This document shows, piece by piece, positions 1-9,608 of a DNA stretch of 64,000 bases. Position 1 is the first letter of the stretch, and every line of letters starts with the position of its first letter. The notes below the pieces were generated by a model. It saw only the letters and a list, made by a program, of their open reading frames with translations, ran no database searches and had not been told where the DNA came from. The position numbers were made by a program, and so were the translations under genes. The DNA lies in NCBI GenBank assembly GCA_030740155.1, contig JASLXV010000038.1, positions 100,956 through 164,955 on the forward strand, given 5' to 3'. Origin of the DNA: Dehalococcoidia bacterium. GTDB taxonomy: Bacteria; Chloroflexota; Dehalococcoidia; Lucifugimonadales; UBA3495.

Positions 1-7
1 CACAATA

Positions 8-901
8 GTGAAACGGCAACGCAAGCAATTTAGGCGAACGCAGGATTTTCTGTGTCCTGCTCATGAAATCTGTATTTCGCCAACGACGTTCGTGTATGGG
101 AACGAGACGGACAATCTCCTGTGGACCGACCCTGAGGACCTGGATCTTCTTCGCCGGCTTAATGTAGTCAAACGCGAGAGCCGCATGGAGCATGACAACA
201 GCGAAGACGCTGTGACCTGGAACGTGTTCCGCTACCTGGAGAAGACGGAGCAACTCTCTGACTTCCTGTCGTCCATGATCAAACGCCGAGTAGGCAACGC
301 GGAGCTAATATACTGGTCCTACGGTCAAGAAGTAGATAGGGTGTGGCCGGAACTGAAGAAAGCCAGGAAGGAATTTGGTGAACACTCGGGACGAGGCACT
401 GAGCCCGATTTGATCATCGTCACCGACAATGCGTTGTTCTGGGTTGAAGCAAAGCTGACCGCCTCGAACGATACTTGCCCCAGTAATCCTCAAGACAGAA
501 AAAAGTACGAGTCAGGTGGCGACAAATGGTATGAGCAGGTATTTAGCTCCGAGTTTGAAGTGCTGGCGATCAGAGAGAAGAAATACGAGTTGATGCGCAT
601 GTGGCTCACGGGAAGCTGGGCTGCGGTGCCGTTGAATCGTCGCTTCTACTTGGTCAATCTGGTCCGGGCAGAGAGCGAGAAAGACATCGAGCCCCGCTTT
701 GGGCCGCACCTCAAGATGGACGCAGAGAAACGCTTCCTGCGCTGGACCTGGGAGGACGTCTACTACTTCGTCTCGAAGAATGCCCCACCAAGCCCCGAGA
801 AGCAAAAGTTCATGACATATTTTGAAAACAAGACGATCGGATACAAGCAAGTCCGTGGTTCGGAAAGCTGGGAGCTGCAACTGGCCTTCCACCTAACTTG
901 A
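8..901 (+). CDS. Hypothetical protein, PD-(D/E)XK nuclease-like; may be 5'-truncated by the window edge
   Basis: Motif TEPDLII...WVEAKL fits PD-(D/E)XK; SEDAVTWNVF segment; reading frame is open upstream of the GTG at 8; visibly less GC-rich than neighbours. Confidence 0.55.
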   Translation: MKRQRKQFRRTQDFLCPAHEICISPTTFVYGNETDNLLWTDPEDLDLLRRLNVVKRESRMEHDNSEDAVTWNVFRYLEKTEQLSDFLSSMIKRRVGNAELIYWSYGQEVDRVWPELKKARKEFGEHSGRGTEPDLIIVTDNALFWVEAKLTASNDTCPSNPQDRKKYESGGDKWYEQVFSSEFEVLAIREKKYELMRMWLTGSWAAVPLNRRFYLVNLVRAESEKDIEPRFGPHLKMDAEKRFLRWTWEDVYYFVSKNAPPSPEKQKFMTYFENKTIGYKQVRGSESWELQLAFHLT

Positions 902-911
902 GAATTAGGAG

Positions 912-1292
912 ATGAGAATGCCTCGAGGAATCCGCATCACGGCCGGCCCTGTCCAATTGAATGCCCAGCTTAACGGCACCGAAACGGCGGGGGCCGTCTG
1001 GGATGCGTTACCCATAGAGGAGCCGGCGGGCACCTGGGGTGACGAAATCTACTTCGGTATCCCGGTGGAGGCAGACCTGGAGGCGGGCCAGGAGGTGGTG
1101 GAGATGGGAGACCTGGGCTACTGGCCGCCGGGCAATGCTTTCTGCATCTTCTTCGGGCGCACGCCGGCCAGCCGGGGCGACGAGATACGCCCGGCCAGCG
1201 CCGTGACCGTGATCGGGAAGGTTGAGGGAGACGCCACCGCGTTCAAGCAGGTGAAACCGGGCACCCCGGTGGCCATCGAACGGGCCGTCTAA
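912..1292 (+). CDS. Cyclophilin-like fold protein (DUF369-type)
   Basis: WGDEIYF, GDLGYWPPGNAFCIFFG and RPASAVTVIG motifs; RBS AGGAG upstream. Confidence 0.85.
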   Translation: MRMPRGIRITAGPVQLNAQLNGTETAGAVWDALPIEEPAGTWGDEIYFGIPVEADLEAGQEVVEMGDLGYWPPGNAFCIFFGRTPASRGDEIRPASAVTVIGKVEGDATAFKQVKPGTPVAIERAV

Positions 1293-1324
1293 CGCGTCCT
1301 TGACGCAGGTGAACCGTCTACAAT

Positions 1325-1512
1325 CTCATCCAATAACCAGCCGCCGAAGGTCGATAGGTCCGACTTCGTCGAGACTCTCGATGGAATCGGAACTCACCAC
1401 GAACGGGGCGAAATCCCTGAACGGAGGAATCCACGGGCGAGAGGAATCCGTTCGTCCTGAGCTTGTCGAAGGGGCGTGAGCGGCCTCCTTTGGAATAGTT
1501 GGATAGGCCCTA
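1325..1512. mobile_element. MITE-like repeat family A, copy 1 (contains a nested hairpin at about 1360-1391)
   Basis: CTCACCACGAACGG ... CCGTTCGTCCTGAGCTTGTCGAAGG ... TTGGATAGGCCCTAG; collinear with 25188-25433 in reverse. Confidence 0.7.
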
Positions 1513-1526
1513 GTAAGGAGCAACGG

Positions 1527-3890
1527 ATGGTGAGCAAGGTAGAAACTGAGCAAACGGCGGCGGGAGCGCTGCGGGGAGTCCGGGTGTTAGATTTCGGCCA
1601 TTACATTCCCGGCCCCTTGCTGGGCATGCTGTTGTCCGACCAAGGGGCCGACGTCATCAAGGTGGAGCGGCCCGAAGGAGACCCGGCGCGGCGTCACGCG
1701 GCGTTCTCCACCTGGAACCGGGGGAAGCGCTCCGTAGTCCTCGACCTGAAGTCCGAGGAGGGCCGGCGCCACGCCCAGGCCCTGGCCGGGAACGCCGATG
1801 TCTTGATCGAGAATTTTCGGCCCGGAGTGGCCGACCGCCTGGGCATCGGCTACGGCACGTTGTCGCAGGCGAATCCGGCTCTGATCTACTGTTCCTTGCC
1901 GGGCTTCGGCGAGGAGAGTCCCTATCGTGATCAGCGAGGCTGGGAGTCCATTGTGGGCGCGGCGACCGGGATTCACCGGGCCGCCCGTGGCCTGGACGAG
2001 CCGTTGTTCGTACCCCTCCCCTTCACCAGCACCTTCGCCGCCATCATCGGCGCGGTTTCCGTGGGAATGGCCCTCTGTGCCCGGCAGCGTACCGGCGAGG
2101 GCCAGCGGATCGAGGTCCCGCTTCACAGCGCCATGTTCACGGGGATCGGCCGGTATATGGTCAAGATGCACGACATGGACGTCGAGTACCCCTTCGAGTT
2201 GCCCCGGCGGACCATGGTCAAGCAGTACCGGTGCTCCGACGGCCGGTTCATCCAGCTTCAGGGAATGTACGAGCGGTTCCCCAGGCGGTTTTTGACCGCC
2301 GCCGGACACCCAGAGTGGGTCGAGGAATTCGTGGCCGGCTTCGGCGAGCAGGTGGACAACCAGACTGTAAACATGTGGCGGGAGCGGTTCAGGAACATCT
2401 TCCTGCAGCGGACGGCTGAAGAGTGGGAGACCGCCCTCGCCGATGCTGGGGGCGCTGGCTCGCTTTGCCGGTCCGTTGACGAGTGGCTGGTCCACGAGCA
2501 GGCCATTGCCGCCGGCATGGTGGCCGAGGTTGACGACAGCCGGTTTGGCCTCATGAAACAGCCGGGGATACCCATGAAACTCCGGGGCACCCCCGGGGCG
2601 ATTCAAGGCCGGGCGCCGCGGCTGGGGGAGCACACCGAACAGGTTTTGGGGCAGTTGGACGCTGCCGCCAGTTCGGCGTCCACTCCCGCGAGAGCCGGCG
2701 GACCCCAATCCGCGGCGCCGGTGGAAGACGTGATGGGCGCCCTACAGGGGGTGCGCGTCCTGGACCTGTGTATCGTCCTGGCCGGGCCGGCTTGCGGCCG
2801 CACCCTAGGAGAGTTTGGCGCCGACGTGATCAAGATCAACGACGCCTCCCGGCCCGTCGACATGGAGGGCTCGCTGGACGTAAACCGGTGCAAACGCTCC
2901 ATTCTGCTGAACTTGAAGACGGAGGAAGGCCAGGAGGTGTTCTGGCGGCTGGTGGAAAAAACCGACGTCATCGTGGAGAACAACCGGAAGGGCAGCTTGG
3001 CCCGGCTGGGGCTGGGCTATGAGGACGTCAAAAAGAGGAAGCCTGACATCATCTACGCCTCGTTGAACACCTACGGTTACGACGGTCCCTGGAGCGAGCG
3101 GCCCGGCTGGGAGCAGATGGCCCAGGCGGTCACCGGGATCGAGGTCCGCCGGGGCGGCCGGGACGGGATGCCGCTGATGTTCCACTACCCGGTGAACGAC
3201 TACGGCACCGGGCTGCTGGGAGCCTACGCGGTGGCCCTGGCTCTCCTCGAACGGAACCGCACCGGCGAAGGGCAGTCGGTCGACTGCGGACTGGCGCTGA
3301 CCGCCTGCCTGCTCCAGTCACCCTACTTCCTGGACTACGCCGGCTTCCAACGCGACGAACCGGAAGGCCTGGGAGTCCGAGGGTATTCGGCGCTATCCAG
3401 ACTGTACCCCGCCGCTGATGCCTGGCTATATTTGCATTGCCCCGAGGAGGCCGGCTGGCGAAATTTGACCGCCCTGCCCGAGTTCGCGGCGCTGGCCGCG
3501 GACCCTCGCTACGGCGCCGCCGCTTCTCGCGAGGAAAGCGATGGAGAGCTGGTGGCGGAGTTGGTCCGAATCTTTGCGCTCAAGAACCGGCGGCAGTGGG
3601 TCGGCCAGCTGAACGCGGCGGGAATCAGCGCCATCGAAAACGTGGACATGCTTGAGCTTCGGGACGACCCTTACGTGCGGCGGGCCGGTTTGGTCCTCAC
3701 GCGAGAGCATCCGGGCCGCGGCCGGGCGGACCAGGTAGGCACCACGGCCCGCTTGTCCGGTACACCGGTACGGCTGGGGCGGGCGGCCCCCATCCTTGGC
3801 GCCGAAACCAACGAGATACTCTGGCAAGCCGGCTACACCGATGGTGAGATCGAGGCCTTGAAGTCGGCCGGGGTGGTGTCTGGGCCCTAG
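1527..3890 (+). CDS. Tandem two-domain family-III CoA-transferase (CaiB/BaiF)
   Basis: Two LxGVRVLD...GADVIK...NRxKRS..L.LK repeats; AAGGAG RBS before the ATG at 1527. Confidence 0.9.
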   Translation: MVSKVETEQTAAGALRGVRVLDFGHYIPGPLLGMLLSDQGADVIKVERPEGDPARRHAAFSTWNRGKRSVVLDLKSEEGRRHAQALAGNADVLIENFRPGVADRLGIGYGTLSQANPALIYCSLPGFGEESPYRDQRGWESIVGAATGIHRAARGLDEPLFVPLPFTSTFAAIIGAVSVGMALCARQRTGEGQRIEVPLHSAMFTGIGRYMVKMHDMDVEYPFELPRRTMVKQYRCSDGRFIQLQGMYERFPRRFLTAAGHPEWVEEFVAGFGEQVDNQTVNMWRERFRNIFLQRTAEEWETALADAGGAGSLCRSVDEWLVHEQAIAAGMVAEVDDSRFGLMKQPGIPMKLRGTPGAIQGRAPRLGEHTEQVLGQLDAAASSASTPARAGGPQSAAPVEDVMGALQGVRVLDLCIVLAGPACGRTLGEFGADVIKINDASRPVDMEGSLDVNRCKRSILLNLKTEEGQEVFWRLVEKTDVIVENNRKGSLARLGLGYEDVKKRKPDIIYASLNTYGYDGPWSERPGWEQMAQAVTGIEVRRGGRDGMPLMFHYPVNDYGTGLLGAYAVALALLERNRTGEGQSVDCGLALTACLLQSPYFLDYAGFQRDEPEGLGVRGYSALSRLYPAADAWLYLHCPEEAGWRNLTALPEFAALAADPRYGAAASREESDGELVAELVRIFALKNRRQWVGQLNAAGISAIENVDMLELRDDPYVRRAGLVLTREHPGRGRADQVGTTARLSGTPVRLGRAAPILGAETNEILWQAGYTDGEIEALKSAGVVSGP

Positions 3891-4101
3891 GCCGGACTAG
3901 AGTACTTCTCGGGCCATAGAGACCTCCCGGCGGCCGGCCTGCTGGGCCAGCGCCGGCGCCACTGGATTTGCCGCTGGCGAAATCGCGGCGCTGCTGGGGA
4001 GAGGGGCACGGTGCGTAGCCGGAGGCCCCGGCAATTGGCGATGCGTTCCCCCGCGTGCTAAACTGCTATTATCGGTTCCAAATAGACTTCGGATTGCCTA
4101 A

Positions 4102-4156
4102 GACCCCCATCCTCGCCTTCTCCCCCCTCACGAATGAGGAGAGTTAGAATGGGGGT
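4102..4156. repeat. Intergenic palindromic repeat (CCCCCATCCT...CTCCCC...GAG...TGGGGG type); similar element at 58051-58089
   Basis: Imperfect inverted repeat of pyrimidine and purine tracts. Confidence 0.45.
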
Positions 4157-4183
4157 TCACTCGTATATACCCGTCGGATAAGG

Positions 4184-6394
4184 GTGAGCCGGTTGCTTCG
4201 CATCTACAACACCCTGACCAAACAGGTCGAAGAGGTCCGGTCGATTGAACCGGGCCTTGTCCGCATGTACACCTGCGGTCCGACCGTCTACCGTGACGCT
4301 CACATCGGCAACCTTCGCACCTACATGATGGCTGACTGGGTCCGCCGCGTCATCGAGGCCGGGGGCCGGGAAGTGTTCCACATCAAGAACATTACCGACG
4401 TGGGCCACATGCGTCAGGAGTTGGTGGAGACAGGCGGCGACAAGATGATCTTGGCCGCCCTGAGCGAAGGCAAGACGGTTCAGGACATAGCTCAGTTCTA
4501 CGCCGGCCGCTTCTTCCGCGACGAGGCCCGGATCAACATCCTCCCCGCCCACGTATTCCCCTGGGCGACCCAGCACATCCCGGAGATGGTGTCCATCGTG
4601 GGCCGGCTCCTGGCGAGCGGCCATGCCTACCATGCGGGCGGCAACATCTACTTCGACGTGGGACGTTTCAATGGCTACGGCAAGCTCTCCCGCAACACTG
4701 GGGCCGACCTGTTGGAAGGGGTGAGGGCGGAAGCGGACCCATTGAAACACGACCCCCGGGATTTCACTCTGTGGAAGGCCGCTGAGCCGGGCCGGGACTT
4801 GAAGTGGGCCAGCCCTTGGGGTGAAGGGTTCCCCGGCTGGCACATCGAATGCTCCGCCATGGCTTCCAAGTACCTGGGGGAAACCTTCGACATCCACACC
4901 GGCGGCGTGGACAACATCTTTCCCCACCACGAAGACGAGATTGCCCAGAGCGAGGCCGCCTTCGGGCGGCAGCACGTGCGATATTGGATCCACGCCCAGC
5001 ACCTCTTGGCCGACGGCGCCAAGATGGCCAAATCCTCGGGCAACGTCTTCTTGCTGGAGGATCTGATAGCCCGCGGTTTCGACCCGCTTGCTTTCCGCTA
5101 CCTCTGCATGACCGTCCGCTATCGCCACCGGATGAACTTCACTTTCACCTCTCTCAAGGCCGCCGAAAGAGCCCTCACCAACCTGCGACACCGGGTCTGG
5201 GTATGGAATGACCTGCCCCCCCTGGCTGAGCTGCCCGCTGAGGCCGGAGAGTGGCGGAGCCGGTTCTGGACCAGGGTGGAAGACGACCTGGATCTGCCGG
5301 GAGCGTTGGCCCTGACCTGGGACATGATGCGTTCCGGCCTGCCCGATCCAGTCAAACTGGCCTTGCTTCTCGAATTTGACCGCATCTTTTGCCTGGACCT
5401 GGACAAAGTGCCGGCGGCCTATCCGCTTCCCGAGTCGATCTCGGCCGCCGCCGGGAAACGCGCGGCACTCCGAGAGCACGCCGACTATGGCTCCGCGGAC
5501 ACCGTCCGCACCCAAATGGCCTCCGAGGGTTACTCGGTCGAAGATACCCGGGAAACCGTCCGCATCCGGCCGAAGACGGCAATGGAACGGCAACGGGAAC
5601 GGTGGCAGTCCTTCTCCTCCTCGCGGGAGGTGGAGTCCTTCCTGGGGCGCTCCCCGGAATACGACTTCACCTTCGTTCTCAACGCCTATGGTTACCGTGA
5701 TGACATCGAGCGGTGCGTCCGCAGCATGACCCGGTTCGGCGAAGGCTTCTCCACGGAGATTGTCCTCATCGACAACGGTTCTATTGACGGGACCGGTGAA
5801 TGGCTGGAGGAGTATCAGGCCGGCCGGCCGTCGGTGCGGGTGGTCCATTGCGACCACCCCCTCGGCGACGCCGCCGGCAAGAACATCGGGTTGAAGCAGA
5901 GCCTGGGGGCAAATGTCATCATCCTGGACCCTTCAGCGGAGATCTTGGGCAACATCCTGGGGCCCATCGCACGGCAGCTGGCGGATGGCTCGGTGGGCAT
6001 AGTTGGCCCCTACGGGCTGAGCACCAACGATCTGCGGCACTTCCATGAGGATGCGGAGAACGGAGAGGCGGATGCCATGCAGGCCTATTGCATGGCGTTC
6101 CGGCGGGAGACGGTGAACACCGTCGGGCTGATGCGGGAATGCTTCCGTTTCTATCGCAATCTGGATATCGACTACTGCTTCCAGTTCAAGGATAAAGGGT
6201 ACCGTATCCTCGCCGACAGCACGTTGCCAATGGTCCGCCACGAGCACCGGCAATGGACCGAGCTGGAAGAAAACCAGAGGGACGAGCTGAGCCGCAAGAA
6301 TTTCGGACGCTTCCTCAAGCGTTGGGGCAACCGGCCGGACCTCCTCGTCAGCCCCGGCGGCCAAGGCGTGGGCGACACCTTTTCCCATCACTGA
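4184..6394 (+). CDS. cysS: Cysteinyl-tRNA synthetase with C-terminal glycosyltransferase family 2 domain (fusion)
   Basis: YTCGPTVY, HIGN, PGWHIECSAM, DIHTGGVDNIFPHHEDE and KMAKS; anticodon helix R..LR...DY..AD..R; then GT-A motifs IVLIDNGSIDGT, GKNIGLK and IILDPS. Confidence 0.88.
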   Translation: MSRLLRIYNTLTKQVEEVRSIEPGLVRMYTCGPTVYRDAHIGNLRTYMMADWVRRVIEAGGREVFHIKNITDVGHMRQELVETGGDKMILAALSEGKTVQDIAQFYAGRFFRDEARINILPAHVFPWATQHIPEMVSIVGRLLASGHAYHAGGNIYFDVGRFNGYGKLSRNTGADLLEGVRAEADPLKHDPRDFTLWKAAEPGRDLKWASPWGEGFPGWHIECSAMASKYLGETFDIHTGGVDNIFPHHEDEIAQSEAAFGRQHVRYWIHAQHLLADGAKMAKSSGNVFLLEDLIARGFDPLAFRYLCMTVRYRHRMNFTFTSLKAAERALTNLRHRVWVWNDLPPLAELPAEAGEWRSRFWTRVEDDLDLPGALALTWDMMRSGLPDPVKLALLLEFDRIFCLDLDKVPAAYPLPESISAAAGKRAALREHADYGSADTVRTQMASEGYSVEDTRETVRIRPKTAMERQRERWQSFSSSREVESFLGRSPEYDFTFVLNAYGYRDDIERCVRSMTRFGEGFSTEIVLIDNGSIDGTGEWLEEYQAGRPSVRVVHCDHPLGDAAGKNIGLKQSLGANVIILDPSAEILGNILGPIARQLADGSVGIVGPYGLSTNDLRHFHEDAENGEADAMQAYCMAFRRETVNTVGLMRECFRFYRNLDIDYCFQFKDKGYRILADSTLPMVRHEHRQWTELEENQRDELSRKNFGRFLKRWGNRPDLLVSPGGQGVGDTFSHH

Positions 6395-6621
6395 AGGCGG
6401 CTCGGCGACGGATTTTTTCGGCGCCGGGGTAGGGGCCAGGCACAGGAATGTGATCCTCCGGTTATCCGATTTGCCCTCTCCCGCTTCGGCGCCCAACTGT
6501 TTTTACCGGACATAACGAGTTTTCAGTGAATCATCGTTCGGCGAAGTGCCAATATATCCCGCTGAAGAATAGCTCGAATCCCGCACGCCCGGTGCAGATT
6601 GGCGCAACACTGCATATTGCC

Positions 6622-6701
6622 TTCACAAACTGTTCACGTAGTTTTTACAAAGTGGGGCACCGGCCGGGTCTCTTGACGGGCCTGACCGGGGATGCTAGAG
6701 T
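6622..6701 (+). promoter_or_regulatory. Sigma70-like promoter (TTGACG-17-TAGAGT, extended -10) preceded by three 11-bp-periodic TT(C/T)AC(A/G) boxes
   Basis: TTCACA 6622, TTCACG 6633, TTTACA 6644; -35 at 6673-6678; -10 at 6696-6701. Confidence 0.5.
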
Positions 6702-6762
6702 CCAAAAGGCCCGGTCGGTTGCTCTTTTCAGACCGCATCCCCTGACCTGGAGTCCCTACCAG

Positions 6763-7743
6763 ATGGAGGAAGCTGCCCAGCGGTTGTTGGCGGGGGACCA
6801 GCGCATCCTCTCCCGGCTGATCTCTCTCCTCGAACGGGGCGATCCGCGAGCCGCCGACGTATTGAAGGCCATAGATTCTCGCACTGGCCGAGCCTATACC
6901 GTCGGCATTACCGGACCGCCCGGCGCCGGAAAGAGCACCATCGTAGACCGGCTTACCGAACTGTTGCGCGGTCAAGGACTGACCGTAGGCATCGTTGGGG
7001 TCGACCCCAGCAGCCCATTTAGTGGCGGCGCCTTGCTCGGAGACCGGGTTCGGATGCAGCGTCACTATCTGGACTCGGGGGTTTTCATCCGTAGTGTGGC
7101 GACTCGCGGACACTCTGGGGGGCTGTCCCGGATCGTCAAAGGCATTGTCCGGCTTCTGGATGCCGCCGGCACGGACATTATCCTGGTGGAAACCGTGGGC
7201 GTCGGCCAGACCGAATTGGGTATCGTCGGAGTCGCGGATACGATCTTGCTGACCTTGATGCCCGAATCAGGAGACGCCATTCAGGCCCTTAAAGCGGGAG
7301 TCATGGAAGTGGCGGACGTCTTTCTGGTCAACAAGGCGGACCGGGAGGGTGCGGACCATATGGCGGCGGCCATTAATGGGATGGTCCAGATGGTCGATAC
7401 CCACTCCGGCTGGACTCCTCCAGTGGTGTTGACCACCGCCCGGTCGGGCCAGGGCATCGAAGAGTTGTGGAACAAGATCCAGGCCCATCGAGAGGTACTT
7501 ACGGCTACGTCCGAGTTGGCCAGGCGCCGCGGGGCTCACCGGCGACGGGAATTCCTGGAGACAGTGCAAGAAGAGTTGGAACGGCGGCTTAAGGCACTTG
7601 TTGAAAACGATCCGGTTATGGAGGCCACTTTGGAGAAGGTGGCGAACCGGGAAGCAGAGCCGTACTCGTCGGCCATGGAATTCCTGAACTCTTCGCAACT
7701 GCCGCCGGAGTGGCTCGCCACTCTGCCGGTCAAGCAGGATTAG
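6763..7743 (+). CDS. meaB: MeaB/ArgK (methylmalonyl-CoA mutase-associated) GTPase
   Basis: GITGPPGAGKST, VDPSSPFSGGALLGDRVRM, VETVGVGQ and NKAD. Confidence 0.92.
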   Translation: MEEAAQRLLAGDQRILSRLISLLERGDPRAADVLKAIDSRTGRAYTVGITGPPGAGKSTIVDRLTELLRGQGLTVGIVGVDPSSPFSGGALLGDRVRMQRHYLDSGVFIRSVATRGHSGGLSRIVKGIVRLLDAAGTDIILVETVGVGQTELGIVGVADTILLTLMPESGDAIQALKAGVMEVADVFLVNKADREGADHMAAAINGMVQMVDTHSGWTPPVVLTTARSGQGIEELWNKIQAHREVLTATSELARRRGAHRRREFLETVQEELERRLKALVENDPVMEATLEKVANREAEPYSSAMEFLNSSQLPPEWLATLPVKQD

Positions 7744-7850
7744 TCTTTTCCGAGCCTTATCCCCGTATTGCGGAACCGCTTGTGATGAGGATGACCGTCG
7801 GCCAATAGCAGACGGTTTTTGACCACCTTTTTCTATATCGGAGTATCAGA

Positions 7851-8489
7851 ATGGTTATTCTTGGAGTTGATCTCCGGGCCTCGTCCAAACGTGCCAGCAC
7901 AGTGGTTGGATTGGATGGGAAATCCTGTGTAAAGTTCATCGATAGTTTTCACGACGACAGCGAGCTGGTTCAAATTGCTGAGAGCCACAAACCTGAGCTT
8001 ATTGCGATAGGCGCTCCCCTGGGACTGCCGGCCGGCCTGTGCTGTTTGGAGACCACCTGCGATTGCTGTTTCTCGGTTCCGCTACGGAAGGGCCGCCAGT
8101 CGGAACTGGAGCTATCTCGGATGGGAATCAGCTGCTTCTTCACCAACAAGGGCTCCATCATCCGCAACCTGATATACCGGAGCATGGCGTTGAGCCGCCT
8201 GCTGAGCGGGCTGGGATTAGAAGTCATTGAGGCCTATCCCCACGCGACCAAGGTGATCCTCTTCGGTGACAAGGTACCGCCGAAAAACAACGCCGAGAGC
8301 CTGGTATTCATGAAAGAGCGGCTCGCCCTTCTGATAGCCGGCTTGAGCCCCCACTTGGACGGGCTGGACCGCAACACCTGCGACGCGGTGCTGAACGCGT
8401 ATACGGGCCTGCTCTACACTCAAGACGCCACCGACACCCTCGGCGCTCCCGAAGAGGGCACGGTGGTCCTGCCGAAGCTTCCCCGTTAA
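7851..8489 (+). CDS. DUF429 family protein (RNase H-like fold)
   Basis: ILGVDL, IAIGAPL, IEAYPHAT and DAVLNAY motifs. Confidence 0.75.
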   Translation: MVILGVDLRASSKRASTVVGLDGKSCVKFIDSFHDDSELVQIAESHKPELIAIGAPLGLPAGLCCLETTCDCCFSVPLRKGRQSELELSRMGISCFFTNKGSIIRNLIYRSMALSRLLSGLGLEVIEAYPHATKVILFGDKVPPKNNAESLVFMKERLALLIAGLSPHLDGLDRNTCDAVLNAYTGLLYTQDATDTLGAPEEGTVVLPKLPR

Positions 8490-8892
8490 GGCTCATTCCG
8501 GCTGAGGGACCTCTCGTAATGGGAGGCCCCGGCTCCTCATTGACTTGGGCCATGAGCCCCGACGCCACCTGCCTGCGCCTTTCCCCATCGGTGGCTGAAC
8601 TTCCAGCTTTATCCCTCCACGATGGCCCTGGTTCGGTAGAGGCGGGTCCCTTGATTCGCCTCCGGGCGCGCCGAGTTCCGGATTGAGCCTCTGTGGCGGG
8701 TGATGCCTGGCACCCGTCACTCTGGCGAAACAAGCGATACCGCCATTTCGAGGAGCGTATCTATCCTGTTCCCGAAACGCTGGGCCGGCAGGATTCCGGC
8801 GCGGCGCGTCCTTGATTCAGCTGCTGGGTACGTTACACTATTAGTAGAGGAATTGCGGGTTGAGAGCCGATCAGGGCAAGGAGGTAGGGACA

Positions 8893-9465
8893 TTGGATCT
8901 GAAGATAAATGGCAGAAACGTTGAGATCAGTGACCAAGTCCGCAAGCACGTCACCGAAAAGCTGGGCCGGATCGGCCGGCACCTTCCCGGGATCACCAAG
9001 GCCGCGGTCGAGCTTGCATCGGAGCCTACCCGCTCGCAGCGAGACCGGGTGGTGGCCCAGGTGACCCTCGATGTGAGCGGTTCCATTCTTCGCGCCGAGC
9101 AGCAGGCGTCCAACACCGAGGCGGCCATCAACTCGGTGGCCGAGGTGCTGGCCCGGAGGATAGAACGGTATAAGAGCCGGACCTATCGCAGCGAACGGGC
9201 CCGGCAGACCACTTCTCTCAGGGTCCAAGAAGCCGAAGAGGCGGTCCCCTCGGCAAGTCCGTTCGAAGGTAAGGAGCTGGGCGACGGCAACCTGGTGCGG
9301 ATCAAGCGGTTCAATATGAAGCCCATGTCAGTGGACGACGCGGCCTTCCAGATGAGGCTGCTCGGCCATCACTTCTTCATGTTCCTGAATGACGAATCGG
9401 ACCAGTACAACCTGTTGTACCAGCGAGACGACAACAATCTTGGCCTCATCCAACCCAAGGGCTAG
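8893..9465 (+). CDS. hpf: Ribosome hibernation factor, long HPF/RaiA
   Basis: INGRNVEIS..., L.RRIERYK; C-terminal KPMSVDDAAFQM.LLGH.FF.F...YQRDD; GGAGG RBS before the TTG at 8893. Confidence 0.92.
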   Translation: MDLKINGRNVEISDQVRKHVTEKLGRIGRHLPGITKAAVELASEPTRSQRDRVVAQVTLDVSGSILRAEQQASNTEAAINSVAEVLARRIERYKSRTYRSERARQTTSLRVQEAEEAVPSASPFEGKELGDGNLVRIKRFNMKPMSVDDAAFQMRLLGHHFFMFLNDESDQYNLLYQRDDNNLGLIQPKG

Positions 9466-9534
9466 CCGCCCGCCCGGTCGGCACGCATAAGCGGGCTACT
9501 CGCCCAGGTTCATCAGAAAAGACCGGAGAAGCAT

Positions 9535-9568
9535 GAAGGGCCTCATTCTTGCAAGAATGAGGCCCTTC
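9535..9568. terminator. Perfect 34-bp palindrome between convergent hpf and SPFH genes; candidate bidirectional terminator
   Basis: GAAGGGCCTCATTCTTG|CAAGAATGAGGCCCTTC; no clear U-tract. Confidence 0.5.
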
Positions 9569-9608
9569 GGTCGCTACAGGGAACGTAGGGGCGGCCCCGT
9601 GGCGGACT

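Noticed and set aside
3891..4183. T-box leader upstream of cysS
   Set aside because: No AAT.AGGGTGG.ACC.CG T-box sequence or terminator recognisable
4157..5857. 566-aa antisense ORF, and similar long shadow ORFs at 51145-52644, 35633-36958 and 60857-61990
   Set aside because: They overlap well-supported genes and have no recognisable motifs; typical of high-GC codon bias
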